Shown here: positions 1 through 12,183 of the stretch, piece after piece
Position numbering within the stretch: position 1 is the stretch's first letter
How the letters are laid out: the number at the start of each line of letters is the position of its first letter
Source: Leucoraja erinacea
Taxonomy: Eukaryota
Assembly: GCF_028641065.1 (NCBI RefSeq)
Contig: NC_073378.1
Span: 138,632,001-138,696,000 of the forward strand
Reading direction: 5' to 3'
Length of the DNA stretch: 64,000 nt
Notes under the pieces: model-generated
Seen by the model: the letters and a program-made list of their open reading frames with translations, nothing else
Told to the model about the DNA's origin: nothing
Database searches by the model: none
Program-made: the position numbers and the translations under genes

Positions 1-707
1 TCCTTCCAACACATTTTGAAGACTATCTACCAGCTACAAGACTACTGAACGATCCTCGATTGAGTAGCAGTGCAACCCCGGCCTTTTAACATGCAACCTA
101 TTCTATATCTTCAACTTTACCTGTTGCTTTTCTGTGCAGCCCATTGAACTGGTACACAGTAGGATTTGATGAATAGAATACACTTGGGTTTCCACTACAT
201 ATCGCTTCACGTGAACACACTAGAGCAAAACGATTATTAAAATAATACACTGCCGACCCAAACCTTGATAAAAGGCTCACATCCGTCGGCTCAGTAAGTT
301 GCTTCCCACTCAACAACAAACCTGGCTTTCTGAGCACCGAATTGCACACCCACTGAATGGTATCCCCCAGCTGTGAGACTGCCAACTGGCACACCCCTGC
401 GTTTAAATGCAATCCCGATATTTTAATCGGTCTCAGCTACATACAGCTATCAAAATGTAATATCATATCATGCAATCAATTATTGTCTGGTACTTTACAT
501 GTTGGTCCTGTATGCAGCTTCAATGCACTGATAAACTGTGTGATTTGACTGTATAGTATAAACAAGTGGTTCTCCTTCACTTGGCTATACAAAAGCATTA
601 CCAATATCAATTAAATACATTGCTGATGCAAACCTTGATAGAACAACAATACCCTTCGGCGTTATATATTTCCTTTGCGGCTCGGTGAGTTGTTTCTATC
701 CCAACAG

Positions 708-987
708 TAAACCTGGCGTCCGGAGCACCGGCGACCCAATCCAGCACGCATCGAAAGGCAGGTGCTGGGGGAGCCAACGACGGTGACAGCGACAGCGATT
801 TCAGGCATGGTTCATGCACGCGCACCCGTAACTCTAAGAACCCTTGGTGGAGAGTGGATCTAAAGGAAAGCTACAACGTGTCAGATGTAAGAATCACCAA
901 CAGAGCAGACTGCTGCATGGACCGGCTCCTAGGTGCCGAGATCCACATCGGGGACTCGCTAGAGAACGATGGTAATTCCAACAGACT
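708..987 (+). CDS. FTLD 1 exon A (N-terminal half)
   Basis: cag|TA AAC CTG GCG...AAC AGA CT|gtaagt, 280 nt open; NLASGAPATQSSTHRK..ANDGDSDSDFRHGSCTRT..NRADCCMDRL. Confidence 0.9.
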
Positions 988-1423
988 GTAAGTATCCAGA
1001 AGCAAACGCCGACTCTATTCAGACTGCTGCATGGTCAACATGATCAATGATAATGTGCGTGGGATTAAAAAGGGGTTGCAGGTTAAGACTGATCTAACTG
1101 CAGAAAAAAGCTAAAACGAATAACCGCCGATCTAGATGCGGGAGAATATAAGGCAGAGCCGGAGACTACTTATCCAGTAGTATCTGCTGTCGACGTATTT
1201 CCAAAGAGGTGCGGGTCAATTGAAGGAGATGTATATATCTGCAATTTAAGTTTATTTAAGTTATGTGATATTGAATAGTCGGATAGCAGTGGCAATGTTC
1301 TTGTGACGAATGACGATGCGTGAGGGATCATACAGTATCTACCCATGCAAGGTTACCTATGTATGCGGATCCTCTCCTGTGCCTACCTATCGGTTTGGAA
1401 GATGAGGAAGTATGTGTGTGTGG

Positions 1424-1425
<2 letters not shown>

Positions 1426-1460
<35 letters not shown>
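1426..1460. repeat. Poly-G tract inside a G-rich patch
   Basis: About 35 consecutive G followed by further GGG runs. Confidence 0.9.
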
Positions 1461-1461
<1 letters not shown>

Positions 1462-1627
1462 GGGTGGGAAGGAATGGTGGGAGGGGGGGGATACATAAGG
1501 CCACATCCCTCCCCACACATCCGATGAACGTATCTCCACTCCTCCAACACAGACCTATGATAACCTTTGTCACGCTCCTCATGAAGGAAGCATTGTTGTC
1601 TCAAATTTAAATCCTTATCTTTTTCAG

Positions 1628-1788
1628 ATGTGCGACCGTGGATTCGGTTTCTGCGACGACATTGACCTTCAATTGTGATGGATTTATCGGTCGATATGTG
1701 AACATCATCATCCCGGGCCAGGATAAAACTTTGACCCTGTGCGCTGTTGAGGTCTTTGGTTCAAAACTCCCGGACTTATATGGAAAAG
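1628..1788 (+). CDS. FTLD 1 exon B (short linker type)
   Basis: ttttcag|A TGT GCG...GGA AAA G|gtaggt, 161 nt; CATVDSV..FNCDGFIGRYVNIIIPG..LCAVEVFG. Confidence 0.88.
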
Positions 1789-2614
1789 GTAGGTTGAAGT
1801 TCCCGCTGAGGCTTTTGGTTGTACGCAGCCCCGCAACCTACTTGAACGAGGCTCCCGCTGAAGCACACGAGCACCTTTCTCAGCAAGCCACACATTGATA
1901 TTCATACTTTACTCGCTAGTCTCGGACACGAGCAGTATCCAAACTTGAACATGTCTACGAATAAAGTGGTTGGGACACTAGGTACACACCCCCTCATCCA
2001 TTCAGTCAGGGGACGTTATGCTGATTAATACCAGCCACGCACCAACGAATTGTACACGTACTGAAACACTCTTGAAGAGTATCCGCCCGCTATCAGACCA
2101 CTGACTGATCCACCCTTGAGTTGGTGCAATCCCGAAAAATTTAAGCGGTGTCAGTGCGGTTTTGGATATTCTGTATAGTCATACAGCTTCTTCTTCTTTC
2201 CGAGTCTACACACAGGATTTGAAGTTGTTTAGCCAGAGCTGAGCACACTTCTCGGCATCTGCATACAATGGTGTCTGTCTTGTCGTTTCTTGTGCTTCTT
2301 GTGCATGGTGGTGGAAACAGGGCCGTGACGTGAACGCACTTTCCTTGACGCCAGCCACGCAGCAAATACACTGTAACATCATATCATGCGATCTGTTATA
2401 GTGTTTACTTTGCCTGTTGCTCTAGTATGCGGATTCAATGCACTGACATAAAGTAAGATTTGACAGTGTCGTATAAACAAGTGTCTTTATAATCTCGCTT
2501 CACATGGTCACACAAAAGATATACGAATATTAAATACATTCACTGTTGATCAAAACCTTGATAGAACGTCGAAATCCATCGGCATTATATATCTCCCTTA
2601 CGGCTGAGTGGGTT

Positions 2615-2935
2615 GTCCAGGACAAGGGGTCACAGGTATGGATAGAGGGGAAATCCTTTAAGACCGAGATGAGAAAAACATTTTTCACACAGAGAGTGGT
2701 GAATCTCTGGAATTCTCTGCCACAGAAGATAGTTGAGGCCAGCCATTGGCTATATTTAAGAGGGAGTTAGATGTGGCCCTTGCGGCCAAAGGGATCAGGG
2801 GGTATGGAGAGAAGGCAGGTACGGGATACTGAGTTAGATGGTCAGCCATGATCATATTGAATGGCGGTGCAGGCTCGAAGGGCCGAATGGCCTACTCCTG
2901 CACCTATTTCTTTCTATGTATCTATGTAGCTATGT
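2615..2935 (+). mobile_element. 5'-truncated CR1 3' end
   Basis: [26 protein letters not shown] coding remnant, 3' UTR and TCTATGT tail matching the 17-22 kb element. Confidence 0.85.
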
Positions 2936-2948
2936 TTCCCACTCATAG

Positions 2949-3228
2949 ACAACGTGGCATCCAAAGCACAGTCGGACCAATCCAGCACGGATCATGGGGC
3001 AGGTGCTGGGGGAGCCATTGACGGAAACGGCGATAGCAATTTCTGGAATGGTTCATGCGCGCGCACTAGGAAATCCAACAACCCTTGGTGGAGAGCCGAT
3101 CTAAAGGAAAGCCACAACATGTCAGATGTAAGAATCACCAACAGAGCAGACTGCTGCTCCGACCAACTCCTGGGAGCCGAGATCCGCATCGGGGACTCGC
3201 TGGAAAACAATGGCAATTCCAACAGACT
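2949..3228 (+). CDS. FTLD 2 exon A
   Basis: catag|AC AAC GTG...AGA CT|gtaagt, 280 nt; matches ORF 2954-3232. Confidence 0.88.
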
Positions 3229-3609
3229 GTAAGTGTTAATAAGCAATCGTCGCCTCCAGTCACAAGCGTTGTCTTCTTCTGTGTCTTACGTTGTTACTGG
3301 AGCAATGGTAATATCAGTGGGGAAAAAGAGAGTTGCTGCAAGATAACAATGATCTCACTGCAGATTAAATCAATACTGTTCTCCGCTGACCCAGATGCGA
3401 GAGCAAATGATACAGAGCCGTAGTCCACTTATCCAATGACATGAGCGGTTGATGCACCTCTATAGCGGTGGGGTCAATGAAAGGCCAAGTATAAATCTGT
3501 GATTCAAGTTATGTAATAACGAACAATCGGATTGCAGTGGGAATAGACAAGTAACCAATGCCGATGAGTTAGGATCATGCAGCATCTACTCGGTCAATGA
3601 TGCCTATAT

Positions 3610-3965
3610 GCAGAAAGGAACTGCAGATCCTGGTTTAACCCGAAGGCATACAGACAAATATGGCCTAACGTGTGCGGTCAGGCCACATCCTTGGAGAAAA
3701 GTAATAGATGGCATTCCTGACCGAGACCCTTCCTCAGACTGAATTAAGTCTGAAGAAGGTACACGAAAATGCTACAGAAACTCAGCGGGTGCAGCAGCAT
3801 CTATGGAGCGAAGGAGATAGGTAAAGTTTCGGGCCGAAACCCTTCTTCAGACTGAGTTTCTCCAGTATCTGTGTGTATTTTCCAGCATCTGCAGTTCCTT
3901 CTTGAACACTAAGTCTGAAGAAGGATCTCCATCCGAAATTCCTTTCTCCGGAGATGCTCTGTGAA
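3610..3965. mobile_element. Palindromic Penelope-type short repeat with a nested 150-bp related insertion
   Basis: Inverted cttcctcagact/agtctgaagaag arms; nested piece 3760-3909 flanked by 15-bp direct repeat taagtctgaagaagg. Confidence 0.6.
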
Positions 3966-4179
3966 GCGCATGGCCGCCTATGAGTCCGGATATTCTCCTG
4001 TTCCTAGCCATCTGTTCGTAACGCGATCTAGTGGGCGGATGACGGAAGTAGCCGTGTGATCCCCCCATATCCCCGGAACGTGTCTCAGTTCACCAGCACA
4101 GGCCTATGATTACCTTTGATACGGATCATCATCCGCATGATCGAGGCAGTGGAGACAGTAGAATTTCACGTTTATATCC

Positions 4180-4980
4180 AATGTTCTAGAGAATTTCGAT
4201 CAGTTCCTGTGGACTGGTGTGCAGCTAATGTAACCCCACTTATTCAGAAAGGAAGGAGAGAGAATACAGGGAATTATATAAAATTAATCCTGACATCGGT
4301 AGCGGGGAAGATGCTTGAGTGAATTATTAAACATGTAATAGCAACGCATTCGGAAAGCAGTGACAGGATCGGTCAAAGTCAGCATGGATTTAAAAGGGTA
4401 AATCATGCTTGACTAATGTTTTGAGAATATAACAAGCAGAATGGATAAGGGAGAGACAGTGGGTGGTATATCTGGATTTAAAGAAACGCCTTTGCAAGGT
4501 CCCACACAAGAGATTAATGTGCAAAATTAGAGCACATGTTATTTGTAGTAGGGTATTGACATGGAAAGAGAACTGGTTGGCAGACAGGAAGCAAAGAGTA
4601 GGAATTAACAGGTCCTTTTCAGAATGGTAGGTAGTGGATATTGGGGTTTCGCATGATTAAGTGCTGTGGCCCCTGTTATTTACAATATATATTAACGATT
4701 AAGACGAATGAATTAATGTTACATCTCCACGTTTACGGATGACACAACTTTGAGGCTGCAGGGTGACTTGGATAGACTGGGTGAGTGGGCAGATGCATGG
4801 CAGATGCAGTATAATGTCGATACAAGTGAGGTTATCCACTTTGGGGACAAAAACAAGAATGCAGTTTACTCTCGGAATGGTGTCAGAATAGGATAAGGGG
4901 AGGTGCAACAAGACCTCTGTGTCCTTGTACATCAGTCACTGAAATGAGCATGTGGATACAGCAGGCAGCGAAGAAAGGAA
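4180..4980 (+). mobile_element. Degenerate CR1 RT fragment
   Basis: VPVDW..ANVTPL..GNY..LTSVAGKMLE remnant with stops and frameshifts. Confidence 0.8.
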
Positions 4981-5129
4981 ATGTCAGTGGTAAGGATGCC
5001 GGAATAGCCACAGGAGCCCACATCTCATGCACCTGTCACCGGTTCAACAGCTCAGGCCTGGAATAACAAAGGCTTTCTCATCTGCATTGATCGAGATAGT
5101 GGAGATTAACTTTTAAACATGTCTTTCAG

Positions 5130-5467
5130 TTGTGGAACCGTTGATTCAGTTGCTATGACGACACTTACCTTCAATTGTGCTGGACTTGTTGGTCGATATG
5201 TGAACATCTTCATCCCGGGCCACGATAAAATCTTGACCCTGTGCGAGGTTGAGATCTTCGTTTCAAAGTTTTCTCCTATCCATATCCGGTTAGAAGAGCC
5301 CAAGAAACCCACGTCCGCACCTGAGATGGAAGAACAAACTCGCATCCATATCCCGTCCGTAAAGGGAACCAAACACCCGCCCATACCTGAAGCGTATAAC
5401 CCGCCAACAACCGGAACGAAACTTCCGTTCGTAACTGGAACAGATCTACCACCAGGCACTGTAACAG
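5130..5467 (+). CDS. FTLD 2 exon B with long P/T-rich linker
   Basis: tttcag|T TGT GGA...GTA ACA G|gtaggt, 338 nt, phase 2 to 1; ORF 5119-5484. Confidence 0.85.
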
Positions 5468-5849
5468 GTAGGTTCAACAGGTAGGCTGAGTCTGTGGTCG
5501 TAGGCACTGAGGCATTCTCAGCCACGAAATAGATCACTCTATGCTGAATCTGTTCCCTCTGGTCCTAGCCTCTTCCACTACTAAAATGTGATCTCTACAT
5601 TCAGGCTATCCAGGCCATTGACGATAAGTTTCAATAAGATGCCCAAAGATCCAAAGACCCAAAGAACCACGACCCAAAGATCCAGCGAGCACTGAGCACG
5701 GAGCAGTCAAAGGATCTCCGAACGTTAATCCAATCATCCATGGGATCAGTCTAGTAATCATCCGCTGGACTCTCTAAAATGCCAGCACATCCAAAACAGA
5801 TCACAATATTCCAAATGCACTCTACCCGGTGCCTTATAAAGTTCCCCGG

Positions 5850-6335
5850 CCTAGTGTTGAAATCGTGGAGGGGACGGCGGGAAACGTCCCCCACGTGCTT
5901 TGAGAGGTGCGGGACAATTGCCCCCCCCGTCCCCCATGTTTTGTAATCCGTACTTCATCAGACGCTTTCTAAGAGTTGAATCGGCCCGTTTGCGGGGCCT
6001 TTCAGCGCCCGGCGCGGCTTAAAGTCAAACTGCTGCATCGAGGCGATCGGGGCTCCCGATGTTGAAGACCCCGCCGGCCGATGAAAGGCCCCGCGAACGG
6101 GCCGATTCAAGCCCCACGATTCGGGACGGACGAAGCCGCTGTTGCTGGAGTTCGGAATCAGTCAGCGTCCGATGTCACCATCCACCCACAGGGACAACGG
6201 CCGAAGCCTCGTGTGTGTGTACATGCGCGCGCATTCATGTGTTTGTGTGTATGTGCGCATGCACGCGCGGCCGCCAAGAAATTGCGCCCCCCCCCCCCCC
6301 CCCCCCATGTTTTGATAGCGATTTCTGTGCCTGTA
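5850..6335. repeat. GC/CpG-rich inserted repeat of unknown class with an internal inverted repeat
   Basis: Not present in homologous B-A introns; 29-bp inverted repeat 5976-6004/6082-6110. Confidence 0.5.
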
Positions 6336-6339
6336 TTTT

Positions 6340-6890
6340 GCACAACATTTACCCTGCAGAGAACCAGCACCCACCGTGCGCTGAGGCAGAGAATTCCACA
6401 CACTCACAACTCTCTGTGTGAATTATCCTGAACAACTCTCCTGAAGCTCCGGTAACCCGGAGCATTGAACTGCCAGTTCTGCCACTCTCTTAACAACATT
6501 GCAATTATGGCTATAACGTCCCTGTCGCTCGGACCTATCCATGCACTGAGCTCGTCTGCCTTACCAGTCAGGCCTCTTGCATTAAAATACGTGCAGATCA
6601 ACACGAGCTCCTTCCTCGCTCTCCGCCTTTCACCTGCCTATTCCGCCCAGTAACTTTTCCCTCGTCATCGTACAAATCAACCTCCAATGTGCATCAGTCA
6701 TGTATTAGATCCCAACCAGTGCCAATCGAGTTTAAACCCTCCCGTGTAGCATGAGCAAACCTGCTCGCCAAGATGTTTGTACCCCTCCAGTTAAGGTCAA
6801 CCCGTCTCTGTTGTATAGGACACCCCTGTACCAGAAGAGATCCCAAAGATCCAGAAATCTAAATCCCGGTCCCCTACACCAACTCCTTTA
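6340..6890 (-). mobile_element. Degenerate CR1 fragments (endonuclease N-terminus/ORF1 end)
   Basis: LICTYFNARGLTGKADEL..PGYRSFRR remnant. Confidence 0.7.
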
Positions 6891-6954
6891 TCTCCCTCTC
6901 TCTCGGCATTAAATATATCCCTTCCGGCTCAGTGAGGTGTTTTCCACTCAATAG

Positions 6955-7234
6955 AAAGCGTGGCACGCGGAGCACCGCCGGCCCAGTCCAGCACGGAAGA
7001 AGGTGCACCTCCTGAGCTAGCTCATGACGGGAACACCGACAGCGACTTCAGGCATGGTTCATGCGCGCGCACCGCGAAATCTAAGGACCATTGGTGGAGA
7101 CTCGATCTAAATGAAAGATACAACGTGGCAGATGTAAGAATCACTAACAGAGCGGACTGCTGCTCGGACCAGCTCCTAGGAGCAGAGCTCCGCATCGGGG
7201 ATTCGCTGGAAAACGATGGCAATTCCAACAGACT
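6955..7234 (+). CDS. FTLD 3 exon A
   Basis: aatag|AA AGC GTG...AGA CT|gtaagt, 280 nt; ORF 6960-7238. Confidence 0.88.
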
Positions 7235-7994
7235 GTAAGTGTTCTTAAGCAATCGCCGACTCAAGTCACAAGCGTTGACTTCTTCTGCAATATTCGCTGT
7301 TACTGGAGCAATGGTAATATCAGTGGGAAAAAGAGAGTTGATGCAGGATAATAATGTTCTCACTGCACATCAAATTAAAATTATTCTCCGCTGATCCAGA
7401 TGCGAGAGAAAATGATACAGAGCCGTAGTCCACTTATCCAATTATATAAGCTGCTGACGTTCCTCTATAGCGTTGGGGCTAATGAAAGGATAAGTATAAA
7501 TCTGTAATTTAAGTTAATTCAAGTTATGCAATAATGAAGAATCGGATTGCTGTGGCAATAGTCAGGTAACCAATGCCGTTTAGTGAGGATCATGCAGCAT
7601 CCACTCAATCAATGCGGCTTATGAGTGGAAAGGAACTGCAGGTCGTGGTTTAACCCAAAGATATACACACAAATATGGAATACCGTGTGCGGTCAGGCGG
7701 CATTATTGGCGAAAAGCATTAGGTGACGTTACGGGTAGAAACCCTACCTCAGACTGAATACAGTCCAGACTGAATACAGACTGAATCCATCCGAAACGCC
7801 ACTTATTCCTTTTCTCCAGAGATGCTCTCTGACGCTAATGGCTACCTATATATCCTGTTCCTAGCCATCTGTTCGTAACCGGAGCAAGCAAGAAACCTGT
7901 CATCAGTTCACCAGCACAGACCTACGATTACCTTTGTTACGTTTCATCATCCGCATGATCGAGGCAGTGGAGGCAGTAGAATCTCACGTTTAAA

Positions 7995-8660
7995 TCCAAT
8001 GTTGTATAGACTTTGGCTCAGTTCCTGTGGACTGGAGTGCAGCTTAAGTAACCCCACTTTTTAAGAAGGAGAGAGAGAGCAAATGGGGAATTATATAAAA
8101 TCAATCCTGACATCGGTAGCGGGGAAGATGCTTGAGTGAATTATTAAAGATGTAATAGCAACGCATTCGGAAAACAGTGACAGGATCGATCAAAGTCAGC
8201 ATGGATTTAAAAGGGGAAAATATGCTTGACTAATTTATTGAGGATATAACACGCAGAATGTACAAGGGAGAGACAGTGGATGTGGTATATCTGGATTTAA
8301 AAAAAACGCCTTTGCAAAGTCCCACACACGAGGTTAGCGTGCAAAAGTTGAGCACGTGGTATTGCGAGTAAGGTATTGATATGGCTAGATAACAGGTTGG
8401 CAGAGAACACGCAAAGAGTAGAGTTTAACGGGTCCTTTTCGGAATGGCAGGCAGTGGGGTTACGCAAGGTTCAGTGCTGAGACCCACTTTATTTACAATA
8501 TATATTGACGACTTAGACGAAGGAATTAAATGTCACATCTCGAAGTATGCGGATGACAAAAAGCTGGGTGGCAGTTTGAGATACCAGGAAGATGCTATGG
8601 GGATGCACGGTGACTTGGATAGGTTCAGTTGGTGGGCAGATGTATGACAGATGATGATTA
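7995..8660 (+). mobile_element. CR1 RT fragment (repeated in each tandem copy near 11470, 14930, 23170, 26630, 30070, 33530 and 36990)
   Basis: SGVTQGSVLRPTLFTIYIDDLDEGIKCHISKYADD remnant. Confidence 0.82.
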
Positions 8661-8725
8661 AAAAAATGCTTTCTTTTGCGTAGTGATCGAGATAGAGGAG
8701 TCTCACTTTCAAACATCTCTTTCAG

Positions 8726-9072
8726 CTGTGGGACCGTTGTTTCCGTTGCTTTGACGACAATTATCTTCAATTGTGATGGATTCATCGGTCGATATGTGAA
8801 CATTTTCTTGCCGGGACAGGATAAAATCTTGACCTTGTGCGAGGTTGAGGTCTTTACTTCAATACTTCCTACCATCGATACCTTGTTAAAACCGAAGCCG
8901 TATCCCCCTTCCGCACACGAAAGGGAAAAGCTAACCACCACCAATACCCCTTCACTAAAGGGAACGAAACAGCCGCCTTCATTTGGAAAAGAAACGACGC
9001 CCCAGTCAACAAAGGGAACGAAAATACCGTCCATACCTGGAACGACTATCCAGCCAAGAACCGGAAAAAAAG
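8726..9072 (+). CDS. FTLD 3 exon B with long linker
   Basis: tttcag|C TGT GGG...AAA AAA G|gtacgt, 347 nt in frame; 3' end assumes the upstream donor. Confidence 0.82.
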
Positions 9073-9284
9073 GTACGTTGCTATTGGGAGCGAATCTACC
9101 ATTGGGAACGGGGGAACAGGTAGACTCATCGCTTCGCCAAGACGTGGAGACATTCTCAGCAACAAAATATATCAGCCACTGGTACAATTTCCGGACGGAG
9201 GTAATCATGTTAGACCGAGATTTAGTCCCTTCCGGCTAAAACACAGCCCCCTCGTCTCTTTCTCAATGGCATGACATCTTATTC

Positions 9285-9850
9285 TGAATCTGTGCCCTCT
9301 GGTCCTAGATTCCCCCACAACTGGGAACGTGCTCTCTACATTCACACTATCCAAGCCTTTCAATGTCCGATAAGATTCAATGAGATCCCCAATAATCCAT
9401 TACTACTCCAGCGAATACAGGGCCCGGAACAGTCAGTGGGTCTCCATATGTTACCGTAATCATCCCAGCGATCACTCTCGTAATCCCCCACTGGACCCTC
9501 CACAATGCCAGCACATCTCAGATATGGGGCCGAAAACTGTTCACAATATTACAAATGCGCGCTGCCCAGTGCCTTTTACCCCCCTGCTTTAACATTCTAT
9601 CTCTCTGGATATAAATGCAAAGAATGAATTTGCCTTTCTTAACACCGGTTCAACTTGCAAATAAACATATTGGGAATCCAGCGCCAGCACTCCCAAGTCC
9701 ATTTGCACACCCGATTTCTGAATCACAAATGTGCCCTTCCTGAACAGAGCACTCGTCCTTGATGAGTACCCTGTTCCTGCTTTTTCCCCCAATATCCCTT
9801 GAATCCGTTATACCCGAGAGCTATAGCTTACTTTCACTTAAATGCATCTT
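9285..9850 (-). mobile_element. Old CR1 3' fragments in the B-A intron (present in each tandem copy)
   Basis: QMDLGVL..VYLQVE..RKANSFFAFISR remnant and [12 protein letters not shown]-type 3' end. Confidence 0.65.
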
Positions 9851-9885
9851 GCCTTTCGGCTCAGTGAGATGTTCCCTCTCCACAG

Positions 9886-10165
9886 GAAACGTGGCGGGGG
9901 GCGCAAGTCCGACCCAGTCCAGCACGGAAGAAGGGGCAGGCGCTGAAGGAGCCATTGACGGGAACAGCGACAGCGACTTCTGGAAAGGTTCATGCGCGCG
10001 CACCAGGAAATCCAAGGACCCTTGGTGGAGAGTCGATCTAAAATCAAGCAATTACGTGACAGATGTAAGAATCACCAACAGAGCAGACTGCTGCTCGGAC
10101 CAGCTCCTAGGAGCAGAGCTCCGCATCGGGGACTCGCTGGAAAACGATGGCAATTCCAACAGACT
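9886..10165 (+). CDS. FTLD 4 exon A
   Basis: cacag|GA AAC GTG...AGA CT|gtaagt, 280 nt. Confidence 0.88.
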
Positions 10166-10573
10166 GTAAGTGTTCTTAAGCAATCGCCGACTCAAGTCAC
10201 AAGCGTTGACTTCTTCTGAAATTTTCGCTGTTACTGGAGCAATGGTAATATCAGTGGGAAAAAGATAGTTGCTGCAGGATAACAATGATCTCACTGCACA
10301 TCAAATTAAAATTATTCTCCGCTGATCCATGGAAACATTGAAACCTAGAAAATAGGTGCAGGAGAAGACCATTCGCCACTTCGAGCTTGCACAGCCATTC
10401 ATTGTGATCATGGCTGATCGTCCCCTATAAATAACTCGTGTCTACCTTCTCCCCCTAGATTCCACTGGCCCCTAGAGCTCTATCTAAGTCCAGATGCGAG
10501 AGAAAATGATTCAGAGCCGTAGTCCAGTTATCCAATGACACGAGCCTTTATCGCACCTCAATAGCGGTGGGGT

Positions 10574-11308
10574 CATAGAAACATAGAAACATAGGTGCAG
10601 GAAGAGGCCATTCGGCCCTTCGAGCCAGCACCGCCATTCGTTGTGATCATGGCTGATCGTCCGCTATCAATCACCCGTGCCTGCCTTCTCCACATATCCC
10701 TTGATTACACTAGCCCCCAGAGCTCCACCTCACGTTCTCTTAAATCCATCCAGTGATTTGGCCTCCACTGCGCTCTGTGGCAGGGAATTCCATCAATTCA
10801 CAACTCTCTGGGTGAAAACGTGTTTTCTCACCTCAGTCTTGAATTACCTCCCCTTTATTCTAAGATTGTGGCCCCTGGTTCTAGACTCGCCCAACATTGG
10901 GAACAGTTTCCCTGCATCTAGATAGCCCAATCCTTTTAGAACTTTATATGTTTCTATATGATCCCCCTCCTCCTTCTAAATTCCACTGAATACAATCCTA
11001 ATCATTTTAATCAATCCTCGCATGACAGTCCCGCCTTCCCAGGGATCAATTTCGTGAACCTATGCTGCACCGCCTCAATCACAAGGATGTCCTTCCTCAA
11101 ATTAGGAGACCAAAACGGCACACAATACCCCAGATGTGGTCTCACCAGAGCGCTATTGAATTGCAGAAGAACCTCTTTTCGCCTATACTGAAATCCTCTT
11201 GTTATGAAAGCCAACATTCCATTAGCGTTCTTCACTGCCTGCCGTACTTGCACGCCAACTTTCAGTGCCCGGTGTACAAGGACGCCCAGGTCTTGCTACA
11301 CCTCCCCC
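10574..11308 (-). mobile_element. 5'-truncated CR1 (repeated near 14033, 22277, 25727, 29182, 32628 and 36084); a shorter CR1 tail piece lies at 10330-10487
   Basis: catagaaacatagaaac tail; [40 protein letters not shown] remnant. Confidence 0.85.
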
Positions 11309-12183
11309 TCAATGAAAGGAGATGCATTAATATATAATTTAAGTTAATTCAAGTTATGTAATGATGAACAATCTGATTGCGGTGGAAATAGTCAGGTAAT
11401 CAATGCCCATGAGTAAGGATCATGCAACATCTAGCCAGTCAATGCGGCCAACGTGCAGGAATGAACTACAGGATCAGTTCATGTGGATTGGCGTGCAGCT
11501 AATGTAACCCTACTTTTTAAGAGAGAATGCTGAGAGAAAACTGGGAATTATAGTCCACTTGTCTTGACATCCGTAGCGGGGAACATGCTTGAGTGAATTA
11601 TTAGAGATGTAATAGCAACGCATTCGGAAAGCAGTGACGGGATCGGTCAAAGTCAGCATGGTTTTAAAAGGGGAAATCATGCTTGACTAATTTATTGAGG
11701 ATATAACACGCAGAATGTACAAGGGAGAGACAGTGGATGTGGTATATCTGGATTTAAAAAAAACGCCTTTGCAAAGTCCCACACACGAGGTTAGCGTGCA
11801 GAAGTTGAGCACGTGGTATTGCGAGTAAGGTATTGATATGGCTAGCTAACAGGTTGGCAGAGAACACGCAAAGAGTAGAGTTTAAACGGGCCGTGTTCGG
11901 AATGGCAGGCAGTGGGGTTACGCAAGGTTCAGTGCTGAGACCCACTTTATTTACAATATATATTGACGACTTAGACGAAGCAATTAAATGTCACATCTCG
12001 AAGTATGCGGATGACAAAAAGCTGGGTGGCAGTTTGAGATACCAGGAAGATGCTATGGGGATGCACGGTGACTTGGATAGGTTCAGTTGGTGGGCAGATG
12101 TATGACAGATGATGATTAAAAAAATGCTTTCTTTTGCGTAGTGATCGAGATAGAGGAGTCTCACTTTCAAACATCTCTTTCAG

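Noticed and set aside
1320-1610. Poly-Gly/poly-Pro ORFs here and at 53334-53624
   Set aside because: Translations of intronic G/C homopolymers whose lengths are unreliable.
5468-5485. Second aacag|gtagg donor 13 nt downstream of the B2 donor
   Set aside because: Out of phase with exon A3; looks like a small local duplication.
8444-8647. Repeated RT-like ORFs with YADD interleaved with repeated variable domains, suggesting a retron or diversity-generating retroelement
   Set aside because: Short, stop-riddled CR1 remnants copied with the tandem unit; no template/variable repeat pair or adenine-specific variation.
8513-9208. Minus-strand 196-231 aa ORFs opposite each long exon B
   Set aside because: Antisense shadows of the coding exons with no recognisable motif; recurrence is explained by the duplication.
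10164-10169. In-frame stop (CTG TAA) directly after every exon A, suggesting half-domain genes
   Set aside because: It is the GTAAG donor of a phase-2 intron; the domain is completed by exon B.
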